Of a DNA stretch of 64,000 nt, positions 37,651-51,188 are shown one piece after another. Within the stretch, counting starts at the first letter, position 1; each line of letters begins with the position of its first letter. A program made the position numbers and the translations under genes. The stretch is from Ginglymostoma cirratum (lineage: Eukaryota). Below the pieces are notes generated by a model. It was not told the origin of the DNA, searched no databases, and saw only the letters and a program-made list of their open reading frames with translations. The stretch is taken from contig JAHRHZ010000046.1 of the NCBI GenBank assembly GCA_024137785.1, forward strand, positions 7,504,024-7,568,023, written 5' to 3'.

Positions 37651-40600
37651 CATTTAGAATAATTCGACCAATCAGCGACCCCTGTGCAATCAGTCTGATT
37701 TGGATGCGGGGTCTGTCACTGAATGGATTATATGGGTTGACCTCCCCGACATCATCATGTAGACTGGGGGAGAATTTCAAGTATTGGGATGACAGGTAGC
37801 CGACCCTATAGCTTAAACGGGGACAATATACTTCAATCCTGAGGTCCTTGCTTCCCCAAGATACAATTCATTCCCATTCCCCCTTGACCCCGTGACTTTT
37901 GCATAACTATATTTAAAATCATTTGTAGCTCTGAATTCGATGACTGACATCGAGCAGTGGTTGCCGGCACCTGCTGGGACTTCTCCTTTTGGCTCTTCAG
38001 GCAGTCCACAGCAACGAACCGACAACGCTCATGGCGAATTGATGTCTTTTGTACCTTTCCTTGTAATAAAAATCAAATGCAGTGAAAACTTTGCTATCAA
38101 AATCAATTGCTGAAGAGGTTATTTTCACGGAGGCTCGCCTTTGTTTTAAATACAAACATGCGTCTGGGAGGGTTCCGGGGGCACAAGAAACGCTGGGATT
38201 TGAAAGAGGAAAGGGTAACGGGAAGATGAGCATCCAATAATTAAAGTTGCAAATATCATGCAAATTTATTGCTGAAGATGGGACGAAAATGTGGGTTAAA
38301 TACGCGGAGCTAATGTCAAAAACGGGAACATGGAAAATGAATAAACATTTTCTCAAGTGTGAGTGGATGTTTATGTGGTCCAGGGTTGGAGCGACGCTTC
38401 TTAATTCTGGCAAGATGATAGAAAGGGTAACCGAAATGGGCCCGAGACATCTCTGTTCTTTTGCTCCTTCCTAGAAGTCGGTGCTGATGTTAACGAACAG
38501 AAAGAAGAACTGGAACGTGCAGCTTGGGCATCACCGATTTGGCTTTGAACCACAGACAGACAATGAGACAATCAGAAGCGAGCAAAAAAAAACTGTGCGA
38601 ATGCAATGTTTGAATTTGCTCGGATTAAATGGGTAATGATGTAGGGGATAGAGCTGCGCGCTCTCAATCCAACCTCTGTTGCCCTAGATTGCTTTTGTTT
38701 TCCCAGACAGTAAAGGTAGAGCCAGCCTTTTATCATTATCACCAATCAATCAATCAGGGAAGAAATTCTCAACACGCGATTTGAAAATGTGTTCATGAAC
38801 GAAAACTTAACATTTTTAATAGAAAAAATACAGAGACAAAATTTCTGTGGGAGCTTGGCACCAAAACTATACAGTATAATGGAAAGCGCAGCTTCCTCGA
38901 CAGGAATCAATAGATTAAGAAACAATGAAACTGGCAGTGTGCTTCCTACAGTAAGTGCGGCCAATAATATGACTGCAGACTTGCCCAATTTTTTGACAAT
39001 ACCTATCTCCACATCTTGACTGTATTTTGACTATCGGAGCTTCACTACTTATATATGTCTCACAATGATCATCGATATTGTACAAGATAGATTCATAGAT
39101 ATCCAATGTTTGTAAGATTCGATATTCTATGCATTCATGGACATTCTCGGTCTGTATATGCACTCATAAATCGAGTCCATAATTAATTTGTGGACCCTCA
39201 AATAGATTTTATGCGGTCTTCAGGGAATGTGGATGTGATGCTATTTGAATGAGGTTTATTCCTGAACATGAAACGCCTTTCAGTGCAAATAAATAAACGC
39301 TAGGGGTGGAGGAGGAGGTGGGGGTGAGGGGGTGGTTGGGAGGGGGGGTTGAGAAAATATATTTAGTAAATTGGTCAACCCTGCTTTTTTTTAAATGTTC
39401 AAAATATGTGCTTGCGATCTTTAATGATGCGCCGCATCCCTAATAGTTATCATAACAATCATTCTTTTTGTTCCTCCCTTTTGTCAAAACGCCAGTATCC
39501 TCGACATCCAGTTTGATGAAAATATCTTGCGGTGTTTTGGGGAAAGGGGGTAAGGCGCACAATTTCAGGTCGATCTTGTTAATTTCAGGTTGGAAATTGA
39601 CACACTAATTAAACAGCACTAGACCACTCAAAGGCAGATTATTGGCCTTATCAGATCGACTATATTTTCCCAATTAAAATCGTAAGGCATTTCACTAGCC
39701 TGTGGATGAAAAATAGGGGACTTTACAACGGTGACCATCGTATTTTTACATCAGATTCATTGTGATGTATTAGATGCAATAAATTACCCGATGTAACAAA
39801 ACATTGGGAGTTGAAAGGCTGATTATCTGCAGCACAGAGATAAGGCTGCATTATTCGAAATCATTATGAAACCGACGTTTGCGCTGACTTCTTTCTTAAT
39901 CAGACCTTCTTATCCTGGTTCCGTGAGCAGCACCGATAAGGAGCAAGTAATTTATAATTCGCCACCTTCACTAATATTTAAAAAGTCAAACCCAAGAACG
40001 CCATAAAAAAAAACCCGAACGCAGCCCAGATGAAAAATTGTCGGTATTAACACAATTTAATTAAATTTGCAGCCGGGGCGTCACGGATGGAGGAGGTGGG
40101 GGGGCGAGAAAATTGACTTTTTTAAAGGATGTGGCTGTCACCATTTCAGTTGTGACTGGGTGCTGTTTGGAGAGACATTGAGAATATATTAGCATTTGCT
40201 TTTTCATAAATCAGATGCCCATGGTTTATTACATCATTGGCCACGATGTTAGATCAAGATAAAATATCATGGAGGGTAAGATATCCGGGGGTGTCGTACC
40301 CTTAATGGGGACTTTATCTCTCGTACTCTTCCCGTGCCTGTTAAAACTATTTTCTTTTTGTTGTTGCAAAATTGAGTGCTATTGAGGATGAATTGTTTAT
40401 ATGAACCTATAAAGGCTTCTTTTTTAACGTCCACGGGGTGGTTGCAAACGATCATCAATCATAAAACTGCTGATATCGAAACGTTTCCAAACATTGCTAA
40501 TTGTTTCCGCTTAGCAGACCTGGTCATTTTGTTATCGCTGGTTGTGTTTCATTGATTTAATACTAAAATTGTTAAGCAGCTCGTATGGACAATCTTGTTC

Positions 40601-43600
40601 TTAGTTTTGTCTGGTCTAAACAGTGGAACGATTATAATAGCGGAGTAGAATTCCACATTGAAGCAAATCTCATATGTAGTCACACGTTATAAGTGTGTAA
40701 TCTTAATCCATCCAGTGCCAGACTGGTATATTTCGTTATTATATCCCCCTACAATATGAATATGTACCAAACTGTGTGTCTGTGCTACAGAAGGCGAAAT
40801 ATGTTTCTGATTCCATTCTCGCTCTCTCGTGAGTCATGTAATGTCCACTGGAAACACCCAGAATGTTTATTTCTCAAAAAGCAGATAAAAAGCAAACAAG
40901 ACTGACGGATTAGTGGGCGGTTGTCACAATATAAAGGAGCAGTGCCTAGTGTATTGGATACACTGTCTAAAATCTTACCCATATTAATATATGTCAACTG
41001 GTATCAGTCAGATAGCCGAAATTGGATTTTTTTTTCACAAAAACGACATATTGTGTTGGCAAAGTAAAATCCTTCACTGCCTGTCTCCGTTTGCAACCAA
41101 AGAAAGGTTTTTTTTTCGCAGTTTCCTCACCCACACGTTCAAACACCGGTCCTGAACTGCATTCCCACTTGGTCTCCAGAGATAGCACTGATAGTTCTAT
41201 CGATCGATTAAGAAAGAATGGGGCTGCGATAAATGGGAGACGCCTCAAACTCCTGCCAGTTACATCCAGGTTCACGGAAATAAAATTATTTGTGAAAAAG
41301 TATTGCAGAAAATTAATATTCGGTCAAATTAACATACATTCAAACATTGTTGTTCGTCTTCCCACACCCCCACCCCCCAAAAAATGTATATTTGTTCGGC
41401 TTTTGGCATCTCACTGTAGTTCTGTAAGATCAATCTGAAGTGGGCAATACGGCATATTATGATAAATAAAGATATTGTGTATATGTTTTGTAGTTGCAAA
41501 CAATAGAGTTGGGAGAATAGCGCCCGTGTAACAGTGCCCGTCATTCGACGCGTCATCTATTTTATACAGCATACATTAGGAGGAGGGAAACAGATATTCC
41601 CTTCATTGTAATGTATCCTGCAATAAACATAAAGTCCTTCCATGTCCTGACTTTCTCGGAATTATTCCTTTTTTTTGTAGAGGGGGATAAAAGATAATCT
41701 GTAACTCGCCCTTATTGTTTCCGAATGTTATCATGTCGTGTTAGTGACTTAATTATCTTGAATCTATTAGCTTGATTGAATTCGCTTGGCGAAGATAGAA
41801 ATTGTGGCGATCAGTTTACAAGCAGATACAATGAATGATATTGAAGTCCCTTTCATCAGTCCAGTGCGGTTTTAACCATCACACCCCCACCCCTCCCATT
41901 TATACCAGCCTGTTATAAAGTAATTGCCACCATAAGCGAAGTGAGCCCATGTTTGTCAGGGAGATAGCGGTGTGTGTGTGAGGGCCTAGTTATAACTAGG
42001 TGCAATATCCAATTCATCATTTTACTGACCGAGGGATGTGAGATCATGTCTCCCTCAAAATTCAGTTTTAATTTCGCGTGGGGAAAACAAAATGCTACTC
42101 TCACTGCAACAAAATTGTCACTTTTTTTTTCTTTGCAAAGATACCATCAGTCAGCAACGCTTTTGAAAGATTATCTTTTCATTAAAGACATCGATTCCAA
42201 TAAGTGTATTTAGGAACATTCCCCTGTCTGTTTGACGGATACCTCCAAGCAGTTTGTAAGCTTGAAGGTCTCTGCTTTCTCAAACATGGTCACACTCCCA
42301 GTGTCTGACCGTGACACGCTCCCTCCCAAAGTTTGGCGTAAATAGCCAGGTAAAATGATGCAAATACTAAGGACCGGCCCGTTTATTTCATTCACTCGTG
42401 TCTTCGTTTAAGGTAGAGAGAGAATTCTGCGGCAGAGGAGGCAAGAGATGTCGAGATGACATTAAACAATCAAAAACAACAGAGTGCATTTGGTGAGAAG
42501 GTCGGTTCCGCTAATATAACCGGCAAGATCTTTCGTTCCTCGACATTTTAAACCCCTCTTTCTGCTTTACGAGCTTTGAAATGACAGCAAACAGCGTGAA
42601 ATAATTTGCATTTGGAAGATACCAGGTCTTACTCACATCACAACCGCGTTTATAAAAGGACGCGTTTGCTGTTTTCTTTTCCCTCCACACCACCCCCAAC
42701 CCCGCAACACCCCCATCCCCCACCCATTTGAAAATCATTTAAATGAGAAATTAATCGTATTTCGTGGATGGTCAGTCTTCGACTTGATCTGAGCTACCTT
42801 AACAACCCGGAAGAGAACTCGAGAGGCTGGCTTTACGGCTGAATGCAGAGTTTGGTCTGATTGAAATAGCGAGTCGGGCTATAATTGCACATTGCTCGTC
42901 TGTCTGTCACGGGGCGATAAGTTTTGGGAGAGAGATCAGGGAAAAAAAAACACAGCGAGCTGCTAGCGCCAGACTCCACACAAGAGCTCAAGAGGTCAGT
43001 AAATATTTATATTTTCTCAACATCTTTCCCACGTGGAGTGAGGCCGACCCCCAGAGGCACTTAAACGGAGGGGTGACATTAACGAACAGTTCGTTAAACC
43101 GAGAATAACATAATCGAGAATAAACGCGCTGACAACCGCTGAAATCGCACTGTATTCTGTTACCGTTACCGTCAATAGCCCCCCTTCACTGTATTGTATT
43201 TATTTCTGTGAATCCCGTTCAAATATAAATTATTAATCCAAGGTCGATTTTACAGTTTGATTCGGGAGTCAGTTCAGGTATCAATTACTTTGCAAACCAA
43301 CCAAATGATGCAGTTAACACCTAAGTGGGTTTGGTTGGAATTAAGACACCGGTGCTCGAAGCTAACGGTGAAAATACACTGAGTGCAATTCATCTGGGAC
43401 AACACGGCATTCAGACTTGGGCATTATGTGCGGATTTTTTCCCGAAAATAAAAGCAGCGTTTGAGTAACTATGTGCGTGAGGTGAACTCATCTGAATGAA
43501 TTTCCAATTCTGACCTTCGAATTAAATCTCGTCAGAACTTCATTTGAGTCCAACAATGAAGAAACTGATCTCATCAATAGCCATTGTCCGACGGCAGGGC

Positions 43601-45340
43601 GCATTACAGTGGATGAAAATAGCCTGCATTTATTCGTTATTTATTACCAACCATTGGAAGTGGCAATTGGGACACTCTAGACATTATTCGCATTCTCAAA
43701 TAACTGTCATATAGTGCATGCGTATGAGAAAGCGGGGTAACTGCTGTGGGCTGGGGGGGGCGCGGGGGAGATGGGAGAGGGGGAGACCACATTCTCCTGT
43801 TCTGGAAGGGACCACGGTTAATGAACATCGAGGGGTGAGATCAAAAAAGTTATTGATGACAAACAAAAAATGCACTGTTAGAACAGCACGGGGTAAGAAA
43901 CAGCTTAATTAGCCTGGGCTTTAACCTAAAAGATGCAAGAAAACGCTCAGAAAGCGATGACTGTCACCGTGCCGGTGTTATTTAACACGCTAGTCATTCA
44001 TTTTAGCTCCATTTCGAAAATATCCTCAGATTAGAACCTCGGCAAATTGTGTTTTTTTTGTGGATGATGAACATTAGATTCTGATTCACCGTAATGGTGT
44101 CCCACGGCGGAATTTATGAACCGGAATTAAATCTAATTTTGGGAGGGGTGTGGGCAAATAGGCAGGTAAATTGCGCTGTTTATCGCCAGGCATACTCTCA
44201 GCAACGGTAAAACCCACTGCGGTTTTGTTCAGGAGCCTTCCTGCTGTTTGGCAATGAGACATTTTATGTAAAATGTTCCTAATGGAGCTGTATGATTAGG
44301 AGCTGCTCTGGACTGGGCCAGTGTACTGAGCAACACTGTGAGACCCCGATGGAGCAAGAGAAACAGAAGGTTGAGGGTCACTCTGCAAGGTCGTCATCTC
44401 ACAGCCGCAGTGTCTCCTTGCAAACAAAAATATACTGATCAATTTCATGTTCATTTCACTCTTTCAGAAAAACGTCTCTACCTCCTCGTGGCAGACTCGC
44501 CATCGGGAACATCAGTAAGTGGACTTTACATTCATGTATCTGATTATATATCTGCTCGTGTATATGACTTGTCTATAATCCTCATACGTGTGCATTTATG
44601 GATGGATTTTGGATTCCACAGAGTAAATGTATGTAAACATATGTGCGGAGACACATACATGTGTATATACGTATGTGGAACTTTTGAAATATCATTCCTG
44701 AGGATAAAATAACATATAGGGGCACATAGATCTGCATTTCCATCCGGGATTTCAATTTGTCATTATTTAGGATAATCGTGGTTTATCGATTGTGGCAAAA
44801 CGTTGCACATTTTTCTGGTTACTTTGGAGAAGAAGAAGCCATAAACGGCTAGTCCCCAGCTCCTGCCCCTCTCTGCAGTCTCACACACGGCTATCTCCTC
44901 ATTCCCACTTTCGACTCATCCTTTTATCTCTCTCAGTCGCCGCTGGAAGAACCTTTCTTTTGACATTACAGAAGTGACACTTTTTTGTGTGTGTGAATGA
45001 TGCTGTTTGTGAAACTGCAAACTTACTGTGGCATATAGATCAAAATAGGGGGGAAATGAATGAGCACAGACACGCACAGAGTTCTTCCTTTGAAATCTAC
45101 CCCAGAATAGATTTGCGATCAGTTCGCCGTGAGCGCCGTGTTGCTGATTTCACCCGCAATGAAAACGTTCATCTTTTAAATGCGTAAGTGTTTCTGGTTA
45201 ATTTTTTTAAAAATTGGAATGTTGAAGTGTTAAAGCTAAATGACTGTCTTAGGAAAATAAAGCAAAGAACCGCGTGAATAGAATCCGGAGTCCCAGTGCA
45301 TCCGGATAGAATCTGAAAAAAGACCGAGATAGATACAGCA

Positions 45341-45470
45341 TTAAAACAAAAACACTGAAATTGCTGGCAAAACTCGGCATCTACAGATGCTGTCAGACTT
45401 GTTGAGTTTCTTCAGCAATTTTTGGTTTTGTTTCAGATCTCCAGCATTCGCAGTTCTTTGTTTTATTTTC
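45341..45470. mobile_element. Palindromic Penelope-derived element with the central ribozyme part deleted
   Basis: aaacaaaaac..gaaattgctggcaaaactcggcatct / agatgctgtcagacttgttgagtttcttcagcaattt..gttttgttt are inverted arms of the 62890 family. Confidence 0.65.
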
Positions 45471-46609
45471 GCACCAGCTCATTCACCAGCTAAACTTTGC
45501 GATAAACCATGTAATGTCCGCTGAATAAATATGGCCGGTATTTCTCCCTTGCCATCCCATCGAACGAATTATAATATTGAGGATAAATAAGAACGAAGGG
45601 AGCCGGAGACAGAGAGGGATGTTCCAATTCTAACTATCGGCGCTTTCATTCCCTAATCTGCGACATTAAACATACACCATGTCACCTGTGAGAGGCGATA
45701 GGTCCTTCCGAATACTCAAGGGGGAGAACACTTGAGTTCAGAATCGACTGTCGGAGTTATCTCCGTGCAGTCATTGGCCGCTATCTCAGTATGTGCCAGG
45801 TCGAGTCTTCTGCCTGACAAAGCCAGAGATATGTCAATAGCTCCGACCAGCTCTAGTCCATGCCTCATTCTGTCACAAGGAAACACAATGACCGGCTGCC
45901 CTATGACAGTAAACCGGACAAGTTAAAACAAAACATAAGCTAAAATACATATTGAGTCTTTTAGGGAGGCCGAGAGACAATGCTGGGACACGCTATTAAT
46001 GCCACATGTTGGAACTTACCATGAAGGATTTATTTTTTCTAGAATGCTTGCCTTTCAATTGTACACTGTACAATTTGGCCACAGGCAGTCACTAGAACAA
46101 TTCTATTGCCCTTTTAGACAATATTGGGAAGAAGGAGCTGACACCCCCTCGCTCCGTTCTCGCGCAGAATGTAATTCTGCTTCTAGTTTAAAGCATTTGC
46201 AAACATGCAAATTGTTTAGACTTAATATTTTCTGGAAAATTGTGGAGCGTTGTGACTCAACAAGACACTTAGCCCGTTCTACACTTGCCGCCCTCGGTCT
46301 GAGGTGGTCCAATACCAAAAAGATCATTGTGTGTGGGTTCGATCAGCTTCCAGCAGGATTACCAACTTGTACACAATTTCTCAGACAGTAGCTCACCAAA
46401 CTTTCAGAAAAACAACACATTTTGTTTTAACAAAGCGAAACTGTTGTTGGGAATCTGCAGTAAATCCAACCTAAGTCGGTATTAATAGAACGCTCCTTTA
46501 GATAAAAACAAGTCGGAGCTAACCATATAGTGAAACTCACCGGAACTTACCAACTTGAAACCTGAAATTGACAAGTCATGGCTTTGGACGTTCACACGCA
46601 CAAGGAAGG

Positions 46610-46980
46610 GTTTTACACACACAACATAGACTTACACAGACACACACAAGTAGACACACACATAGTCTCACACATTCCCCCCAACCCCTTACACACACAT
46701 AGAAACATCCACAAACGCATACACTGATACGTATACATACAGACTCGCACATTGTCCTCCTTATACACACACAGGCACGTACCAGTATATGTACAGGCAC
46801 TCAGACTCACATAGACACAAGCACAAACACACACATACACATGTACATACACGCAGACACGTATGCACAGGCTCACACAGCCACACACGCACATACACAC
46901 ACAAATATACACACATAGATACACATAGACTCTCTCACACACAGAGGCACACAGGTATACACAGACAAAAGCACACTCAC
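46610..46980. repeat. Degenerate (CA)n microsatellite
   Basis: About 370 bp of CA/TA/GA units. Confidence 0.9.
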
Positions 46981-49900
46981 CCTGGATCCAGAGCGTAACA
47001 CATCACTACAGGCACATTTTCACAATATTTCGAACATTTCTTTTTCCCTGTGAAACTATTGTGCAATCAGCGATTAGTCATTTTGCGCTGCTCGTGTTTT
47101 TTTTATTTCGTCTTAACATCGCGTTGATCAATTTTCTGATGAAAACGCGTTTCTCCTGTGTGTCACCATTTAAGTATAAATCTATCAGCATGGTAACACC
47201 TTTACTCCTTCTGTAAGTGATAAATCTGATAAGAATCGAATTAGCACTTAAATAAGAACGTTCTGGCGAAGTGCGGAGGACAATAAATAACAGGCTGTCC
47301 TTTGTGCCTACAGATGTCTCGTTTTCTTTATCCAAACCATTCGCTTGTGAATGTCAGATCAGTTCTATAAATCTAGAAAACTCTGGGTTTATATCATTGG
47401 TCGATTTAGAAAGAGATGTGCTGGTGAACTGATGAACAAAAATACGCTGTTATTAAGATCCGAAAGAGAATGTATGATGTCCAGAGAAAGACCAACGAAT
47501 TGTATGGTCTCGTTTTATTTTAAAAGCTTTATAAAGATTTTTTTAAAGAGAAACTGATTATAATCTATCGGGGTATTTCAGTATCTCGTTTTAAAGTATT
47601 CCATCCTGTATCTTAGATACCAACTAATCCCGTTCGCTCGTTTGAACGGATCTCGATAATTAATGCAAGTTAGTCTCTACGTCTGAAGTTTTTCTTGCTA
47701 GTCAGCTCTGCCTTGAGGCTCGCTGTCCTCAGTATAACCCTGTGCCTTAGCCAGGGGCTATTTATATAACTTTACCTGTAAGGGGAGCGGTGATTGAACC
47801 GAATATTAGAGGGCGATTGAGACAGAAGATCAAAACCGACCGCAAACAGCACAGGGTAACTCTTAGTCGGTTAATTAAACAATCATTTCTGACGAGTCAG
47901 GGTCTGCCCGGTTACACGTGGTCTAACTCCAATGCGGTGCCTGATCACAGCTCAACAACAAACATCCTCAGGCTTTACGAAAAGATCGATGTGAATCGAC
48001 GAATAATGCTCCCAAGACAGAGTGTATGTATGTTTTTGTGTTTTTTGGGGTGGGAGATAGCACTGACATCAATCGTAGTGGCGCGCCTTTTAAAATTCAA
48101 ATCAAAATGAAGCACTCCTCCAAAAAATACACAGTTGTATTTTTTGCGCTAATTGTTAAAACAATGGCGCCGATTAGCTCTGCTTCTGTCAATCAGCACA
48201 CACCATGTAACTGGGCGGGATTACAGAGACAGCGAAAGCATATTAGCCCACAACACACACACACACACACACAAAGGTCTTCTTCAGAGACCTGTTAAAG
48301 TTACAATTGCAACAGGAGTATAAAAAACACGGACAGATGTAACAATTCCTCGTCACGAGCCACCGAAATGACCAAAATTCGTTTGTTTTGCCCGAATCGT
48401 GTGTGGTCGCCTCAATAAATTGTGGTCTATAGACTGTAATTACCGTACCGGCTGTTCCCGTGACATTACTCATCCATAAACTTCCTTTTAACTACTAGGG
48501 GCTTGTTAGGCTTTGCTGAGATCCTACCTGCAGCGTAGGGATGGGGTGGAGGTTAAAGTGTCCACCGGCACCATTGTCAGCATTCAGTACGGAAGCGGTA
48601 CACGAGGGAGCGGGTGGATTCCCTCATCCCGAACCCGGGTTAGATTCGGATTTACAGTCTCAGTTCAAAATTCCCTTTACACGCAACGGGGCATGAGCAA
48701 GTTACTATAGTTCAGAGCGAACCGTGACAACTATATGCATTTGCAAACTGTGTCTGGCCTGAGTAGCGCTAATTGAGCATCTTTAACTTCATACTATTTG
48801 CTAGCTTGGGAAGCCTTCTGAAACACGATAGGGAGGAAGGAGTAAGGGTAACACAAAAGATCATAATGGAAAATAAAAACAGCTCACCAGTATGAAGGCC
48901 TCTTAAAAATAAAGCAGCGCACCATTTATTAAAACAGAACTTTTGAGAGCATACGCAGTAAATATGTACTGTTTATAACGATGTGTCACGGGTGGATCAA
49001 GGTTGCCAGCCGCAAGCCATAAGGTAAAATCAACCATGATATTAATCCCTTTCCACAGGAATATTCAAATTAATTCAAAAAGGAAAGGCGAAGTTTTATT
49101 TTTGAGAGTTGAAAATGGTTATATGGTTACGTGAGTTTTGAATGATGATTTTGAAAATTGATTGAAATAAAAGGTCTTTTCGCAAATTTTTTTGGCAAAG
49201 CAGGAACTGTGGTGTTAAGAGCTCTCTATACAGTGACTGAGATCGAATTGGAGTTCTTTGGGCTGTCTACTCACTATGTAATGGAGACGTTCAATTGTCT
49301 TATAAGGGACAAAAAACAAAAGCACCACTGCATTTTCGGCTTAATCAGTGAATTGCAATCTGGGCAGATGATTGAGGTTGGTTAACTAAGGGTGCATATC
49401 AGAATCTCCAGATCCTTGCGCATTAAGGAGGCTTGCGGGTGCAAATCAACTTGAGGAAAAGTAATATCCCACTACCCCCACCAAAAAAGGGAGAAATCTT
49501 TGATCTAAGTGAAGAATATTCGCTCTCTGACCTAAACAAATCTATGTTATATGTTCTGTGGCATGTCGCTTCCGCTGGCCTTCTGACTGAAATTCCCTCT
49601 TCACTGCCTCATTTCCTGGCTATTTATTCAGCTAATGACGTCACGTCAAGTGGCGTCGGCATGGCTGGCCATTTCAGTAAAATGCAGAGCATCAAAAGAG
49701 CAACCTCCCATTTCCCCAATTACATACTGTTAGCCTGTGTAGCCAGCCTGGGAATTAGACTCTAAATACCAGCCCGCGGCCCTCCTATTCCGATGCAGTG
49801 AACTGGAATGATTTGCCAGTGCGAGGCACTGTGCCTACCTGACACGATTCAATTCCGAGAGAATAGGGGGCTCCCGATCACCTGTCATCATTCTACATTT

Positions 49901-50004
49901 CACATAGGCACCTCTAACAGCCTTTCCCAATTTCAAAATAAAATGATTTTCCCTCTCATTCTCTAACCCAGACTCCATCTACCCCTCCCTGCACAGATGC
50001 TCCT

Positions 50005-50335
50005 CTGGCGCAGGGTCCCTGCTTCTGAACCAAGAGCTGTGCGTTCAAGTTTCATCTGCTCCAGACACGTGTCACAATATTTCTGTACCAGGTTGATAAG
50101 GGAAAACATCGATCTCTACCCGTAGCTCTTAAGGCTTCGCAACCCCTCTCTCCTCCCTCTAATAGGACTTTTCATCAAACCTACACCTTACAGCAAGGTG
50201 TTGGTTACCTGTCGTAATGTCGTTTCACGTGGAGCGCTCTCTCTCTCTGTCGATCTTGTGCTTTGCAAAGTTCCCGTCAGGCACGATGGGACGTTTGATC
50301 AGCAGAAAGGCGCTACATAAATGCAAGTTGTTGTC
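50005..50335 (+). mobile_element. Old SINE pieces (tRNA-like head and L2-type tail)
   Basis: The head (gttcaagt...gtgtcacaatatttctgtaccaggttga) is the inverse of 59395-59500; the tail aaaggcgctacataaatgcaagttgttgt is an L2-type 3' end. Confidence 0.5.
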
Positions 50336-50979
50336 GCTCTCCCCACGTCGGACAGGCAGAACGGCCTTTGCCTGCCGACAGTTACCTGCCATTTACACTG
50401 CATCTGTTCACGTGAATGAATATTTTATTACTTTCTTCACATGTGAATGCATACTTAAGCCATTTTGCCTTGGACCTGAATCCTCAAGGACTCCCTACGT
50501 TAAAGCGCCCAGGTGTTGCTCACATATAAATGGAGAGATTTAAAACGTGAACATGGATACGTTTTCACGTACCAAATCACTGGTTGTTCGGACAACATGT
50601 CTGATAAGTGCTAAAACAAAAATTCCAGAACGAATCGTCTCTTTTAAAAAATATACAGGACTTTTCAATTAAAAATGATAATTTTTGAATGACTTTTTTC
50701 GGGGTGTAGAGGCAAGTCGGGACAATGTTACATTGCGGAAGCGGGATGATTGGCATTTGTAGTTTACCAATAAACTCTGACTTCTGCAACCACCATCAAT
50801 TCCACCCCCTTCACCTCCCCACCAACCCCTCAATCCGTCCCCAACACGCCACAAACCTTTTCCATTAATCAACTCTGCCTCTGGAGGAGGAGGCTTCCTC
50901 TGATTGTTCGAAGAGAGAGAAAAAAAACCTCCATTCGGCCCCTCCTCATTCCAACCCTCTGACAATGGGTGCCCAAGGA

Positions 50980-51188
50980 GTAGCCAATGGGCTTACTTGG
51001 AGGGGCGAGGGGGCGGGCCCCGTCGTCCACCAATGGGAAGGAGGTTTGATCGGCCAATCAGAAAGGGGGTGGTGTGTGGTTGGGCGGGGCCTGAGCCTCC
51101 GGGGTGCAGAGGGGGAGGAGGGTTCTGATTGGCCGCGAGGGGGTGGGTTGTTTTTAAGTTCCGACGCGCCGTGCATTGAGAGCCGACT
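50980..51188 (+). promoter_or_regulatory. GATA3: GATA3 proximal (exon 1b-type) promoter
   Basis: CCAAT at 50984, 51030 and 51054, reverse CCAAT at 51128, GC boxes at 51011 and 51082, TTTTTAAG at 51151; CpG-rich; ~0.9 kb upstream of the ATG. Confidence 0.8.

Noticed and set aside
46576-46998. Cys/Val- and His/Thr-rich ORFs
   Set aside because: Translations of a CA microsatellite.
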